DNA from: Eledone cirrhosa
Taxonomy: Eukaryota
Reading direction: 5' to 3'
Length of the DNA: 64,000 nucleotides
Assembly (NCBI GenBank): GCA_964016885.1
Contig: OZ024741.1
Location: 48,236,001-48,300,000, forward strand
Shown piece after piece: positions 11,945 to 27,616 of this stretch; within the stretch, counting starts at the first letter, position 1; each line of letters starts with the position of its first letter. Position numbers and translations under genes: made by a program. The notes below the pieces were generated by a model. That model was not told the origin of the DNA, made no database searches, and saw only the letters and a program-made list of their open reading frames with translations.

Positions 11945-12912
11945 GATAGTTCTATTTTGAATGGATGGTTGGGGACAGAATATCTTGATAGCTCTATTTT
12001 GATTGGATGGTTGGAGACAGAATATCTTGATAGCTCCATTTTGATTGGATGGCTGGAAACAGAATATCTTGATAACACCATTTTGATTGTTGGAAAAAAT
12101 GAAAGGCAGATTGATGCTTGTATACAAACAGCAATGTTACATGCTAGTGAGATCTGGGCACTGCGCGCAGAGGACCTGCGCTGATTGGAAAGAAATGAAG
12201 CATGCATGCTTTGATGGATGTGTAATATACACAAACAGAAAAGCATAACTGAACTGAGAAATTAAGCATAAGAAGGATCAGATGCAGTATACTAGAGAGG
12301 AGATTACATTGGTATGGTCATGTGATGCATATGAAGGATGACAGCTGTATAAAAAAAGTGCAGGGCGATCAGAATTGATGGAAGCTATGGAGTAGAAGAC
12401 CCAGGAAGACCTGGGGAAAAGTAATAAAAGCTGACCTTGCACACTTGCACCTCTCAAAGGTGACACAGGATCGAGATCTTGGGCATTATGCAGTAATACA
12501 GAAGACCCGCCTTCCCTTGAGCACACCCAGTAGGCACCTCTTATCCACTACACCCACTTTCCATACACCACCCTCCCACTTCTGCCCATACCACCATCAC
12601 TCTGTAGCTATGTTGGTATCACAAAAACATCCAGCCCACACTGTAAAGTGGTAGTGTAGGTGTCACAACAAAAAGCACCCAACCCACACTGTAAATGTAG
12701 TTGGTGTTAGGAAGGGCATCCAGCCATAGAAATCTAGCCAGAAACAGTCCTATATGAGCAAGGCATGGTCACTTGATCCACTTGACTCTAATGGGACAAA
12801 CCTGTCTAACCCATGCTAGCGTGGAAGATACATTAAACGATGATGATGATGATGGTGATGATGAAACAGAATATCGTGATAGCTTCATTTTGATTGAATG
12901 GTTGGAAACAAT
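11945..12912. repeat. 42-bp minisatellite (about 3.5 units at 11945-12095, continuing at 12863-12912)
   Basis: Unit gatagctctattttgattggatggttggagacagaatatctt; split by an RTE insertion. Confidence 0.85.
12096..12862 (+). mobile_element. RTE LINE 3' fragment
   Basis: Degenerate MKGR..DACIQTAMLHASEIWAL, WYGHVM; 3' UTR and (GAT)n tail. Confidence 0.88.
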
Positions 12913-13894
12913 ATTTTTATATATTTTCAACTATCTTTGCTGACATGGGTGAGTTTGCATGATTAGTTTACCACTTTTTCCTTTCTTTTTGTCATTTCCT
13001 CTGTTATCCTCAGGTCTCTAGGGTCTTGCTTCATATTTTACTTGGCCTAGTTCTACTCTGGTTTCAATTCTTATTTGTTCACTCTGTTTTCATTATCTTT
13101 CATTATTGCATGTTCATACCAGTTCAGTGATCTTTCTTGCAAACACCATTTGATGATTTTAATTCACAGTTGTTTTCTTAATTCATTTGAACCCACTCTA
13201 TCTTTTATGATTTAAATTAGATCATTACCACTTCATTTTCTTCCTTCTAAGATGTCCCATTATACTGGAATAAACGTCCCATTATACTGCATATAAATTA
13301 CAGTGAAAATGTATTGAAAATTTGAACACATTATATTCAATTTTTTTTTTTTTTTAAATATGAATTAGTTACATTTATTTGTCATATAATGCAGATTATT
13401 TCAAGGGGAAAAACACTGACGGAAACATTGTTTGGTTAAATTATTATTTCACTGGTTATATTCATTTTCAAGTTGTTCTTTAATCAGATTTGATTATGTA
13501 AACATGATCAAAGACATTCCAGATATGCCCATCTCATCTTTTTAAATATTGTGGACTACAGTGTCCCAATGTGTTTGTACTTCCCTTTTTTGAGATAGTA
13601 GGGTGTGATTTGAGGGAGAATTGTCTATTTCTAGCACATCGAACATTTTCATTTATATAGAGATGCTATAATGGATATATAACTATACGTACTAAATAAA
13701 CTCTTACTGTTGAAGATTTAGTGACCCTTGTTAACAAGAAAAGCAGATGCCAAATGATGATGATGATGTATATAGTGACTGAAAAAATGATCCCTTTAAT
13801 AGACTGTTTTTTTATTTTTATAAAATGTCAATGGTTTTTCATGACATTGTGAGATTTTGTATATTGAATATATTTGGGTAATAACCAAAAGAAT

Positions 13895-14287
13895 ATGATC
13901 GCAAATACAAGTGGCCGAAATGGGGTTCTTCTGGAGGGTGTTTGGAATGATGTTACTGGATCGAGTGCGCAGCTCAGAGATCAGAAAGTCACTCCAAGTA
14001 ATGTCGCTACTTCTCCGAATTGAGAGATCACAGCTCTGATGTTATGGGCGTGTGGTTAGAATGTCTCATGAAAGAATTGCTGGATAGATTTTACAGGCAA
14101 AACCAACCGGCAAAGGGATAGACCCCAAACAAAATGATTGGATAACATCCATGAGCTTGGCTGGCCTCACTTGGGGATCCAGTTGAATCAGTTGGAGACG
14201 GTTGCTTCTGACAGGACCGACTGGAAGGAGTGTTTGAGGACTCTGCCCCAACGACCCTCTCAGGAATAAGTGGGCGAAGAAGAAGAA
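13895..14287 (+). mobile_element. RTE LINE 3' end of a different family, (GAA)n tail
   Basis: Degenerate LLRIERSQL..GRVVRM..ASDRTDWKECLRTLP; ends gaagaagaagaa; homologous to 60395-60600. Confidence 0.75.
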
Positions 14288-14310
14288 TATATCTCTTTTT
14301 TCATTTCAAT

Positions 14311-14501
14311 TACTGTATACACTTGAACATAAGCCAAGGAATATGTGAATGTAAAATCAATGGTAAAATGGGAGGTTGGCTTATATATGCCATCAAAACA
14401 ATGTGTTGATTAGCTGCCACAGTTTATAAAAAGTTTGGATGTTTGCCTATTTCTCAGACATAAAATTGGGGGGTTTGGCTTATATTTGAGCATAAACAGT
14501 A
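14311..14501. mobile_element. pogo/Tigger-like MITE remnant
   Basis: Imperfect TIR tactgtatacacttgaacataagcc ... ggcttatatttgagcataaacagta; relative at ~11250-11590. Confidence 0.5.
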
Positions 14502-14966
14502 TTTTATGCTAGTCTATCTGTTAGATATCACTTTACTTTATTAGAATTAATTGAAAACTATATCAAACATCTTTTAATTCCCTTTAAATGAATGGTTACA
14601 ACTAAATTACTTTCCACTTCTTCAGATCAAATGTGAATTAATTGATATTGATTGATAATAATATTTACGTTTATTAACGGAAATATAGAGGTTTATATTG
14701 TTAATCTAATGTTTAAAAGAAGTGCTTAATTAAAATTAAAATGATTTTAGAGACGAATAAACACCCCAATTTATTGATTAACTAAGTGAAAGCAGTTACA
14801 AGTAGATGTATACAAAGGTTTAATTTATATACATTTTTTAATCATTTATTTACTTTAATTGGATTTTAGTGCTTTTAAAATAGTTTTAATGCAATATATA
14901 TGTATGTGTGTATATGTATGTATATCTATTTATATGTATGTGTATGTAGATGTATATATATATATG

Positions 14967-14997
<31 letters not shown>

Positions 14998-15015
14998 ATA
15001 TATGTGTGTGTGTGG

Positions 15016-15047
<32 letters not shown>

Positions 15048-17652
15048 TTTACGTCCGCTTTTCCCTGCTTGCAAGGGTGGGATGGGTCTTATTCAGCACA
15101 GCATCTCTCTACTCATCACGGTCCTTCGTCATCTCCACCGTGAGCTTCAATGATCTGAGGTCTGTTCTCACCACCTCCGCCCATGTTTTTCGTGGTCTAC
15201 CTCTACCACGTCTTCCTTCAACTGGCATTTCCTGGCACTTCTTCACCCATCGGTCATCCTCCATGCGCATCACATGTCCATACCACCTCAGTCTCCTCTC
15301 CCGCACACTACATTCTATCCCTCTCAGACACAGTTTCTCTCTCAACACATTTATGCTGGGTCGTTCATGCACATTTACACTGCACATCCATTTCTCTCCA
15401 GCCATCGCATATCCTCTGCAGTTGCTGCCCATGTCTCACTACCATGCAGCATCGCGCTCCTCACACAGGCATCATACAACCGGTCTTTCGTACGCAGGGA
15501 GAAACCCTTCTTCGTCAACAGAGGAAGCAGCTCCCTAAACTTCTTCCAACCCGTCCTTATTCTAGATACTATGGCCTCGGAACACCCTCCTCCCATGCTA
15601 ATCTGATCTCCTAGGTACCGGAAGCTATCCACCACTTCTATAGCGCCCTCCTGCATCTGAAAAATTTGTCTATCAATGCGACTTCTACTGTCTAATTTCC
15701 CTGTACATCTACGGCATACATATTTCTCCCTACCTGTTAGTTTGCCTGCTATCCCACTACATCTCTTGTGTACCCAGGATCTGCATTGTGTGCATTTTAT
15801 AGAATTTATGCCAGTTCCTTTTCTGCATATCGAACATGGCCATTTCCCTGACGGAATCAGGGTTTTGTCCTCTTTTCTACTCATCAACACTTTTGTCTTA
15901 GCTAGATTCACTCTCAGTCCTCTTGCTTCCAACTGCTGTTTCCATAGCCAGAATTTATTCTCTAGCTCCTCTACTGATTCTGCTATAAGAACCAGATCGT
16001 CAGCATAGAGAAGTTCCCATGGACAGCCAGTCTTAAACTCCTCTGTTATGGCTTGGAGGACTATAATGAACAAGAGCGGGCTGAGGACCGAACCCTGATG
16101 TACTCATTCTTGTATCTGGAATTCCTCATAAAACTCCATTCCTACCCTGGCTTTACTGAGAGTACCTCTGTACAAAGTTTGCACTGTCCTCACAAGCCAT
16201 TCCTCAACACCCAGCTTCCTTAGGGACCACCAGATGACAGATCGGGGTACCCTATCAAAGGCCTTCTCTAGGTCAACAAAGGCTAAGTATAGTGGCTTAT
16301 TCTTCTCTAAGAACCTCTCTTGCAATTGTCTCACCAAGAAGAGGGCATCTGTTGTACTCTTCCCAGGCACAAAACCAAACTGCATCTCATCTAGTTTGAC
16401 CCTTTCTCTAATTAGTTGTGCTAAAATCCTTTCTGCCACTTTCATAACCTGATCTATCAGTTTTATACCCCTATAATTGCTCCTCTCCAGAGCATCCCCT
16501 TTACCTTTGTAGCAATTTATGAGAATACTGCTGCACCAGTCTTTGGGTATGACACCACCATATATAGCCTGATTGATGATGCGTGCAACCAGTTTAGTGC
16601 CTACGTCCCCTGATGCCGTCAGCATCTCAGCAACTATTCCCGATGGTCCGGCAGCCTTACCATTTTTCATTTCCCTAATCGCCTCTTGGACCCTATATTC
16701 GTCAATCTCAATAGCTGGTCCCTCTGTCGGATCTACCAAGGGTAATTTCTCTCTCTCCTATTTGTTCTCCACATTCACCAGTCTCTCATAATGACATTTC
16801 CAGGCCTCTTTTTTCTGATCATTTGTGACACTAAGTACACCGGCATCATCCCGGACACATTTATCTCCAACAACATCCTGATTTGAATTGACACACTGCC
16901 TTGCAATGTGGAACACCGCACGCCTCTGATCTTCCCGTCGCAGAACATTGGCAAACCTCCTACTCTCTGCCTCCCTGCGTGCTAAGTACACCTGACGTCC
17001 AGCTTCTCTCTTAGTGGCTTTATATTCTTCCCTACTCCCACCCTTTTTCCAAGCCTTCCATGCTAGTCTTTTGTCTCTAATAGCCTTATCTACTGTGCTG
17101 TTCCACCACCAGGTCACTCTCTGTCTGTGGAGCTCTGCTCCAGCCACAAGTTTCATCAGTAGCCTGCAGCAAGTTGTCACGTAAGAAATTCCAGTTATTA
17201 TCTATGTCATACGTCTCTAAATATTCTTCCTTTTCGTCATATACATCTGGAAGGGCTTTCCTGAATTTGTATTTTAGTGAAAGGTCTTTTAGCTTCCAGA
17301 CCTTTCTTCTCCACACCCTCCTATATGTCTCATTCCATCTCTTGCTTACTGAGATATCACTAACAACTAACCTATGCTGTGGGGTACATTCTTCCCCAGG
17401 GTATGCCTTGGTATTAGACACTATCTGCCTGTCCCGCTGCCTAACTAGTAACAAATCAATCTGGCTTATGTGCTCACCAGATTTGTAGGTTATTAGGTGA
17501 TTGGCAGGTTTCTGGAAGTTTGTGTTGCAAATAGTCAATGTACCTGCATCACAAAATTCAAGATGTTTCACTCCTTCTTCATTTCTTGAATCGTAACCGT
17601 GCCCACCATGTACCCCAGTGTAACCATCCTGGCTGCTAGCATAACGATGTCT
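15016..17652 (-). mobile_element. RTE LINE, 5'-truncated (partial APE, RT, PHD-like finger), frameshifted
   Basis: ORFs 17086-17571, 16758-17180, 16104-16739 (QFGF, FVDLEKAFD), 15375-16073 (LYADD, C4HC3), 15109-15432 (RLRWYGH); short 3' UTR and (CAT)n on +. Confidence 0.95.
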
Positions 17653-17657
17653 GTATG

Positions 17658-17690
<33 letters not shown>

Positions 17691-17789
17691 ATATATGTGT
17701 GTGTGTGTATATATGTGTGTATGTGTATATATATATGTGTGTGGGTGTATATATGTGTGTGTGTGTGTGTATCTATATATGTATGTATA

Positions 17790-17930
17790 TAACAAAGGAA
17801 ATGTGGAAAGGAACCAGATGGACCATAACTCACCAAAGTACTCAATACTTAATTTAGTAGAGTGGGTAATAGGAACGAGTAGGACCCCGACGTCTGAGCT
17901 CAAGCCGTTTCGACAGCTAATTCTGGACTA
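17790..17930 (-). mobile_element. Penelope-type pLTR remnant carrying the 3' half of a hammerhead
   Basis: Minus strand tagctgtc-GAAAC-ggcttgagctcagac-GTC-ggggtcct (17881-17919); upstream part homologous to 1500-1600. Confidence 0.55.
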
Positions 17931-20177
<2,247 letters not shown>

Positions 20178-20257
20178 GACATGAGCTAGGGGTTCTTCAC
20201 TCCCAGTGGTTTAACTGCGCGATCGGGCATCCAGCCCGATTATTTCTATGTCCCCGC

Positions 20258-20294
<37 letters not shown>

Positions 20295-20729
20295 ACTTAT
20301 TGACACTTATACGTACGACATACACACACACGCATACATATGCGTGCACACAGCAACACTCGCACACACAACAAACACACACACACGCTACTCTACTCAC
20401 TTACACGCACACACACACATATATATATATATATTACCGTCATTACTGATACAAGATTACCAGATTATGTCAACTGTTGACTTTCAAGAGTTTGTATAGT
20501 TGAAGCCGATCGTATTACAGTCCAGTATTACTATAATTGCTTTACAGCATAGAGTTATGGCTCTCCACGGAGTCAACAAAAGAGAGTACCAGTGATGCGC
20601 TGGCCAGTCGCTGGATCCGTGCCAAAAGCAGAAAAATTATTATTAAAGTTGTTCTTAAGGTCGCTGGTGATGGTGATGGCGACGGCGGTGGCGGTGGTGG
20701 TGGTGGTGGCAGTTGATGTTGTTGTTCTG

Positions 20730-20770
<41 letters not shown>

Positions 20771-20785
20771 GTTATTTTGAGTTCG

Positions 20786-21495
20786 CTGGAGGGACCACAT
20801 CAGTGATGTCGAGATTTTGGAAAGCTCTATGTGTGACAGTATAGAAGCTCTTGTGCTTAAGCAGCGACTCCGTTGGAGTGGTCACCTTGCCAGGATGAAG
20901 GATTCTAGAATACCAAAACAACTCTTCTATGGAGAGTTGGTTAAAGGAAACGACCGCCACATAAACCAAAAAAGAGGTATAAGGATTCCTTGAAGGCCTC
21001 TCTGAAAGACGCTAACATCTCTGCTGATACATGGGAAAATATTGCTGCTGATCGTAATAAATGGAGAAAGACTGTATATGAGGGAAAAGTTGCCTTTGAG
21101 GCATCTCGAATCGCACACGAGAAAGTAAAGCGGGACGTGAGGAAGGGTATTGCTGTTGCACTTCCAGACGGCGAGGGTCCTCCTATGTTTCTGACATGCA
21201 GCGTCTGTGCGAGACTCTGCCTAAGCAAAGCTGGACTCGAAAGTCATCTTCGCAGTCATAAAGTAGTGGTTGACTACCAGGCTGCTGTTGGAGATGCTAC
21301 TCATCATGCTTGCCAAACATGTGGTAGAGAATGTAAATCAGCAGGAGGACTCAAGCGACATGCAAAAGTACACGAACTCCAACCACAGCCGACTATTCCC
21401 AGTAAATGTTTTGGTTGCCGACTCTGTGCAAGACATTTTAGATCATTGGCTGGGCTAAAAAGCCACATTCGATCGCAGCACTGTCAGTTGCTATC

Positions 21496-21533
<38 letters not shown>

Positions 21534-21609
21534 GCTTATGTGCGTGCGTGTGTGTGTATATATATATGAATATGTATATTATTATTGTTGTCGTTATTAT
21601 TATTATTGC

Positions 21610-21646
<37 letters not shown>

Positions 21647-21766
21647 GTTATTAATGTATGTGTGTATATATGTGTGAGTGTATGTGTATGTATGTGTGTG
21701 TGTATATATGTATGTATGTGTATGTATGTGTGTGTATATATATGTGTATATATATATGTATGTATA

Positions 21767-21805
<39 letters not shown>

Positions 21806-21836
21806 TTTCCCTTTTTTTTTTTTTTTTTTTTTTTTT

Positions 21837-21893
<57 letters not shown>

Positions 21894-21899
21894 TTTTTA

Positions 21900-21930
<31 letters not shown>

Positions 21931-21979
21931 TTTTTTTTATTGTGCAATGGCCATACTCGATAACGAGGGGGCAGCCATC
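20786..21979 (+). mobile_element. RTE-family 3' fragment with three C-terminal C2H2 zinc fingers
   Basis: [25 protein letters not shown]; CSVC..HLRSH, CQTC..HAKVH, CRLC..HIRSQH; terminal gtgcaatggccatactcgataacgagggggcagccatc. Confidence 0.88.
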
Positions 21980-23859
<1,880 letters not shown>

Positions 23860-24067
23860 CGTTTCTGAATTTGTTTAGCAAGATTCTTTATATGAAAACG
23901 TGTGTTGAAACCGATATTGTTATACTTTGGGAGGGTCATGTTGCCAATAAGAAACACATGCACCAGTTGCTTTCACTTCAATTTATTATAATAAATTTAT
24001 AAATTTAGGAATTTATAAATTTCCGGTTGGTTGGTTGGTTCCATAATCAGATGGTTGTTTATATATT

Positions 24068-24110
24068 GTCAAAGTTCTTTCGTCACACATTCTGTGACCT
24101 CTTCAGTGAC
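24068..24110 (-). ncRNA. Minimal type I hammerhead ribozyme in the pLTR
   Basis: gtca-CTGAAGA-g-gtcac agaatgt gtgac-GAAA-gaac-TT-tgac: 4-bp stem I, 5-bp stem II, 1-bp stem III with tetraloop. Confidence 0.72.
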
Positions 24111-24315
24111 TGGGGAATCTTTTCTTTGTTTTTGTGCCTCTCCTTTGTTCTGTCCTACGCCATTTTGTTTCTGTGTGTGTGTTGTGTGCTCAGTCTGCGC
24201 ATGCGCCACACCCGGGTGTCTGTGTGTGTTTATGTTCATTTATTTATTTGTTTGTTTATTTACATGTTACAGGTTGGTTGTTTGTTCTATGTGCATGTGT
24301 GTTTTCATTTTGTCC

Positions 24316-25584
24316 TTAATTGTAAGTTGTGATGTTGCTGTTCCACTCATATTTTCTATTTAATTTTGGTTGTAATTCTTTTATGTTTATTGCCTCTGTG
24401 ATTTGTCTAAACATTGCGTCTTTTCTGTGTGTAGATTCTATTTTTATTTCTATGTTCTCTAATTTACCCTTGTGTTCTATTTTAGCATGTTGGTAGAGTA
24501 CAGATGATTCTTTACTATCTTGAAGGTCTTGCCAGTGTTCATTTATCCGTTCCCCTACACTACGAGCTGTCTCACCTATGTACACTATATTTTTGTCTCT
24601 ACATTGTCCTTCAGTACATCTTATTCTATATACTACATTTCTAGTTTCACAGTTAATATGGGGGCTTAATTTACAGGTTATACATTTTTTATCTTTACAG
24701 GGGGGTCTTTGAAAAGGGTATGTCTTGCTAATAAGTGTTTTTACGAAGGTACCTGGTCTTTCTACTATCTTAATATTGAGTTTATGTTTATCTAGAGCCC
24801 TTCTAAATTTGTAAGCTAATTCACCTCTAGGGGTTTTATCGATGAACATTACACTCTGGTATTTATTGCTATCATACCATGAGTTTATTCTATTAGCCTT
24901 ATTCCTAGTTCTTTCTATTCTATTCCAAAATTTGCTCCTATACAAGGGGCAGGTCCCATTTGTGTCATTATTTACCATTTTTTCCCATTTGGTTCTGGCT
25001 CCTCTATACACTCTGATTTTATCTCTCTGATTGTAACCAGAGAACTGCATACGGTGGATGAAGTGTTGTATGTGTTTCTCTAGTTCTTCGGGGTTGCACA
25101 TGCGGGACACGTTTCTCATCACCCGTACCAAATCCGCAATCAGTATGTTGATTTTGGTATGGTCCGAAACAGCTGAGTTTCGGTGGATCAGATATTTAGA
25201 AGTCATGGGTTTGGCATAATGGGAATGGAGGATTTGTTTTTTGTTATTAATAGTATCTAACCAGAGCTCTGTGTCTAGTACAGGTAATCGGTGGTTGGGG
25301 TGTTTACTTGGGTAGTCTATTGTAACTCTAATACTCTGGTGGATGGAGTTAGCTATTTGCTGGATGCTTTCCATTGTGTTTTTCTCTAATTCCTGACTGT
25401 TCTCTAGTGGGGGTGTTTTAACTACGATGTTTATATCATCAACGTAGCGGGAGTACATTATCAGGGTTAACGGGTATTCTAATTGTTCTTTAAGTTTAAG
25501 TCTACTGTCCCACCATACCATGAATAAGTTAGCTATGTCACCTGCAATGCTAACACCAATGGCTGCTCCTTCCTCTTGGGCATA
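24316..25584 (-). CDS. PLE polyprotein fragment: RT C-terminal half, Cys linker, GIY-YIG endonuclease (open, 5'-truncated)
   Basis: YAQEEGAAIGVSIAG (motif B'), RYVDD, LPVLD, HYAKP, MQFSGY, C-x4-C-x2-C linker, VVYRIRC..C..YIGET.R, H..H, EAINI..QPKLN. Confidence 0.9.
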   Translation of the reverse strand, partial: YAQEEGAAIGVSIAGDIANLFMVWWDSRLKLKEQLEYPLTLIMYSRYVDDINIVVKTPPLENSQELEKNTMESIQQIANSIHQSIRVTIDYPSKHPNHRLPVLDTELWLDTINNKKQILHSHYAKPMTSKYLIHRNSAVSDHTKINILIADLVRVMRNVSRMCNPEELEKHIQHFIHRMQFSGYNQRDKIRVYRGARTKWEKMVNNDTNGTCPLYRSKFWNRIERTRNKANRINSWYDSNKYQSVMFIDKTPRGELAYKFRRALDKHKLNIKIVERPGTFVKTLISKTYPFQRPPCKDKKCITCKLSPHINCETRNVVYRIRCTEGQCRDKNIVYIGETARSVGERINEHWQDLQDSKESSVLYQHAKIEHKGKLENIEIKIESTHRKDAMFRQITEAINIKELQPKLNRKYEWNSNITTYN

Positions 25585-25607
25585 TGTTTTTCATAAAAAC
25601 ACTGTTT

Positions 25608-26039
25608 TTCGTAAAAACACTTATTAGCAAGACATACCCTTTTCAAAGACCCCCCTGTAAAGATAAGAAATGTATAACCTGTAAATTAAGCCCCCATATT
25701 AACTGTGAAACTAGAAATGTAGTATATAGCATAAGATGTACTGAAGGACAATGTAGAGACAAAAATATAGTGTACATAGGTGAGACAGCTCGTAGTGTAG
25801 GGGAACGGATAAATGAACACTGGCGAGACCTTCAAGATAGTAAAGAATCATCTGTACTCTACCAACATGCTAAAATAGAACACAAGGGTAAATTAGAGAA
25901 CATAGAAATAAAAATAGAATCTACACACAGAAAAGACGCAATGTTTAGACAAATCACAGAGGCAATAAACATAAAAGAATTACAACCAAAATTAAATAGA
26001 AAATATGAGTGGAGCAGCAACATCACAACTTACAATTAA
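25608..26039 (+). pseudogene. Inverted duplicate of the PLE GIY-YIG domain (inside the inverted pLTR)
   Basis: ORF 25584-26039 is nearly identical to the C-terminus of 24316-25521. Confidence 0.88.
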
Positions 26040-26244
26040 GGACAAAATGAAAACACACACGCACATAGAACAAACAACCAACCTGTAACATGTAAATAAA
26101 CAAATAAATAAATAAGCGAATATAAACACACACAGACACCCGGATGTGGCGCACGCGCAGACTGAGCACACAACACACACACAGAAACAAAATGGCGTAA
26201 GACAGAACAAAGGAGAGGCACAAAAACAAAGAAAAGAATCCCCA

Positions 26245-26287
26245 GTCACTGAAGAGGTCACCGAATGTGTGACGAAAGAACTTTGAC
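26245..26287 (+). ncRNA. Minimal type I hammerhead ribozyme in the inverted pLTR
   Basis: gtca-CTGAAGA-g-gtcac cgaatgt gtgac-GAAA-gaac-TT-tgac. Confidence 0.72.
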
Positions 26288-26441
26288 AATATATAAACAA
26301 CCATCTGGTTGTGGAACCAACCAACCAACCGGAAATTTATAAATTCCTAAATTTATAAATTTATTATAATAAATTGAAGTGAAAGCAACTGGTGCGTGTG
26401 TTTCTTATTGGCAACATGACCCTCCCAAAGTATAACAATAT

Positions 26442-27004
<563 letters not shown>

Positions 27005-27005
27005 T

Positions 27006-27343
27006 GGAGGCACATGGCTTAGTGGTTAGAGCATTGGCCTTACAATCGAAACGTTGTGAGTTCAATTCTCAGACCGGCTGATGTGTTGTTTCCTTGAGCA
27101 AGACACTTTATTTCACATTGCTCCAGTTTACTCAGCTGTAGAAATGAGATGATAGAGACTGGGGTCCCTATCATTCCACTGCAAAGTGGTCGTGTAGGCG
27201 CCACGGAAAAAAGGCACCCAGCACTCACTGTAAATGAGGTTGGTGTTAGGAAGGGCATCCAGCTGTAGAAATAAAGCCGGAATCAGTTCCTGTCCTACCC
27301 TTGCAAGCAGGGAAAAGCGGACGTAAAATGATGAGGATGAGGA
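27006..27343 (+). mobile_element. tRNA-headed SINE with central conserved-domain-like segment and RTE-derived tail
   Basis: ggaggcacatggcttagtggttagagc (A box), gagttcaattc (B box), ccttgagcaagacact, aggaagggcatccagctgtagaaa, gcaagcagggaaaagcggacgtaaaatgatga. Confidence 0.9.
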
Positions 27344-27445
27344 TATGTATATATATATGTATATATGTATATATGTATATATGTATATATGTATGTATAT
27401 ATATATATGTATATATATATATGTATGTATATATATATATGTATG

Positions 27446-27476
<31 letters not shown>

Positions 27477-27510
27477 GTATATATATATATGTATGTATAT
27501 ATATATATGT

Positions 27511-27551
<41 letters not shown>

Positions 27552-27616
27552 TATGTATATATATATATGTATATATATATATGTATGTATATATGTATAT
27601 ATGTATATATATATAT

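Larger units (their letters stand above)
23858..26441 (-). mobile_element. Penelope-like retroelement (C-terminal GIY-YIG, Neptune/Nematis-like), 5'-truncated with inverted pseudo-LTR
   Basis: Inverted arms 23914-24747 and 25608-26441; RT + GIY-YIG ORF; hammerhead in each arm; flanked by (TA)n arrays. Confidence 0.92.
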
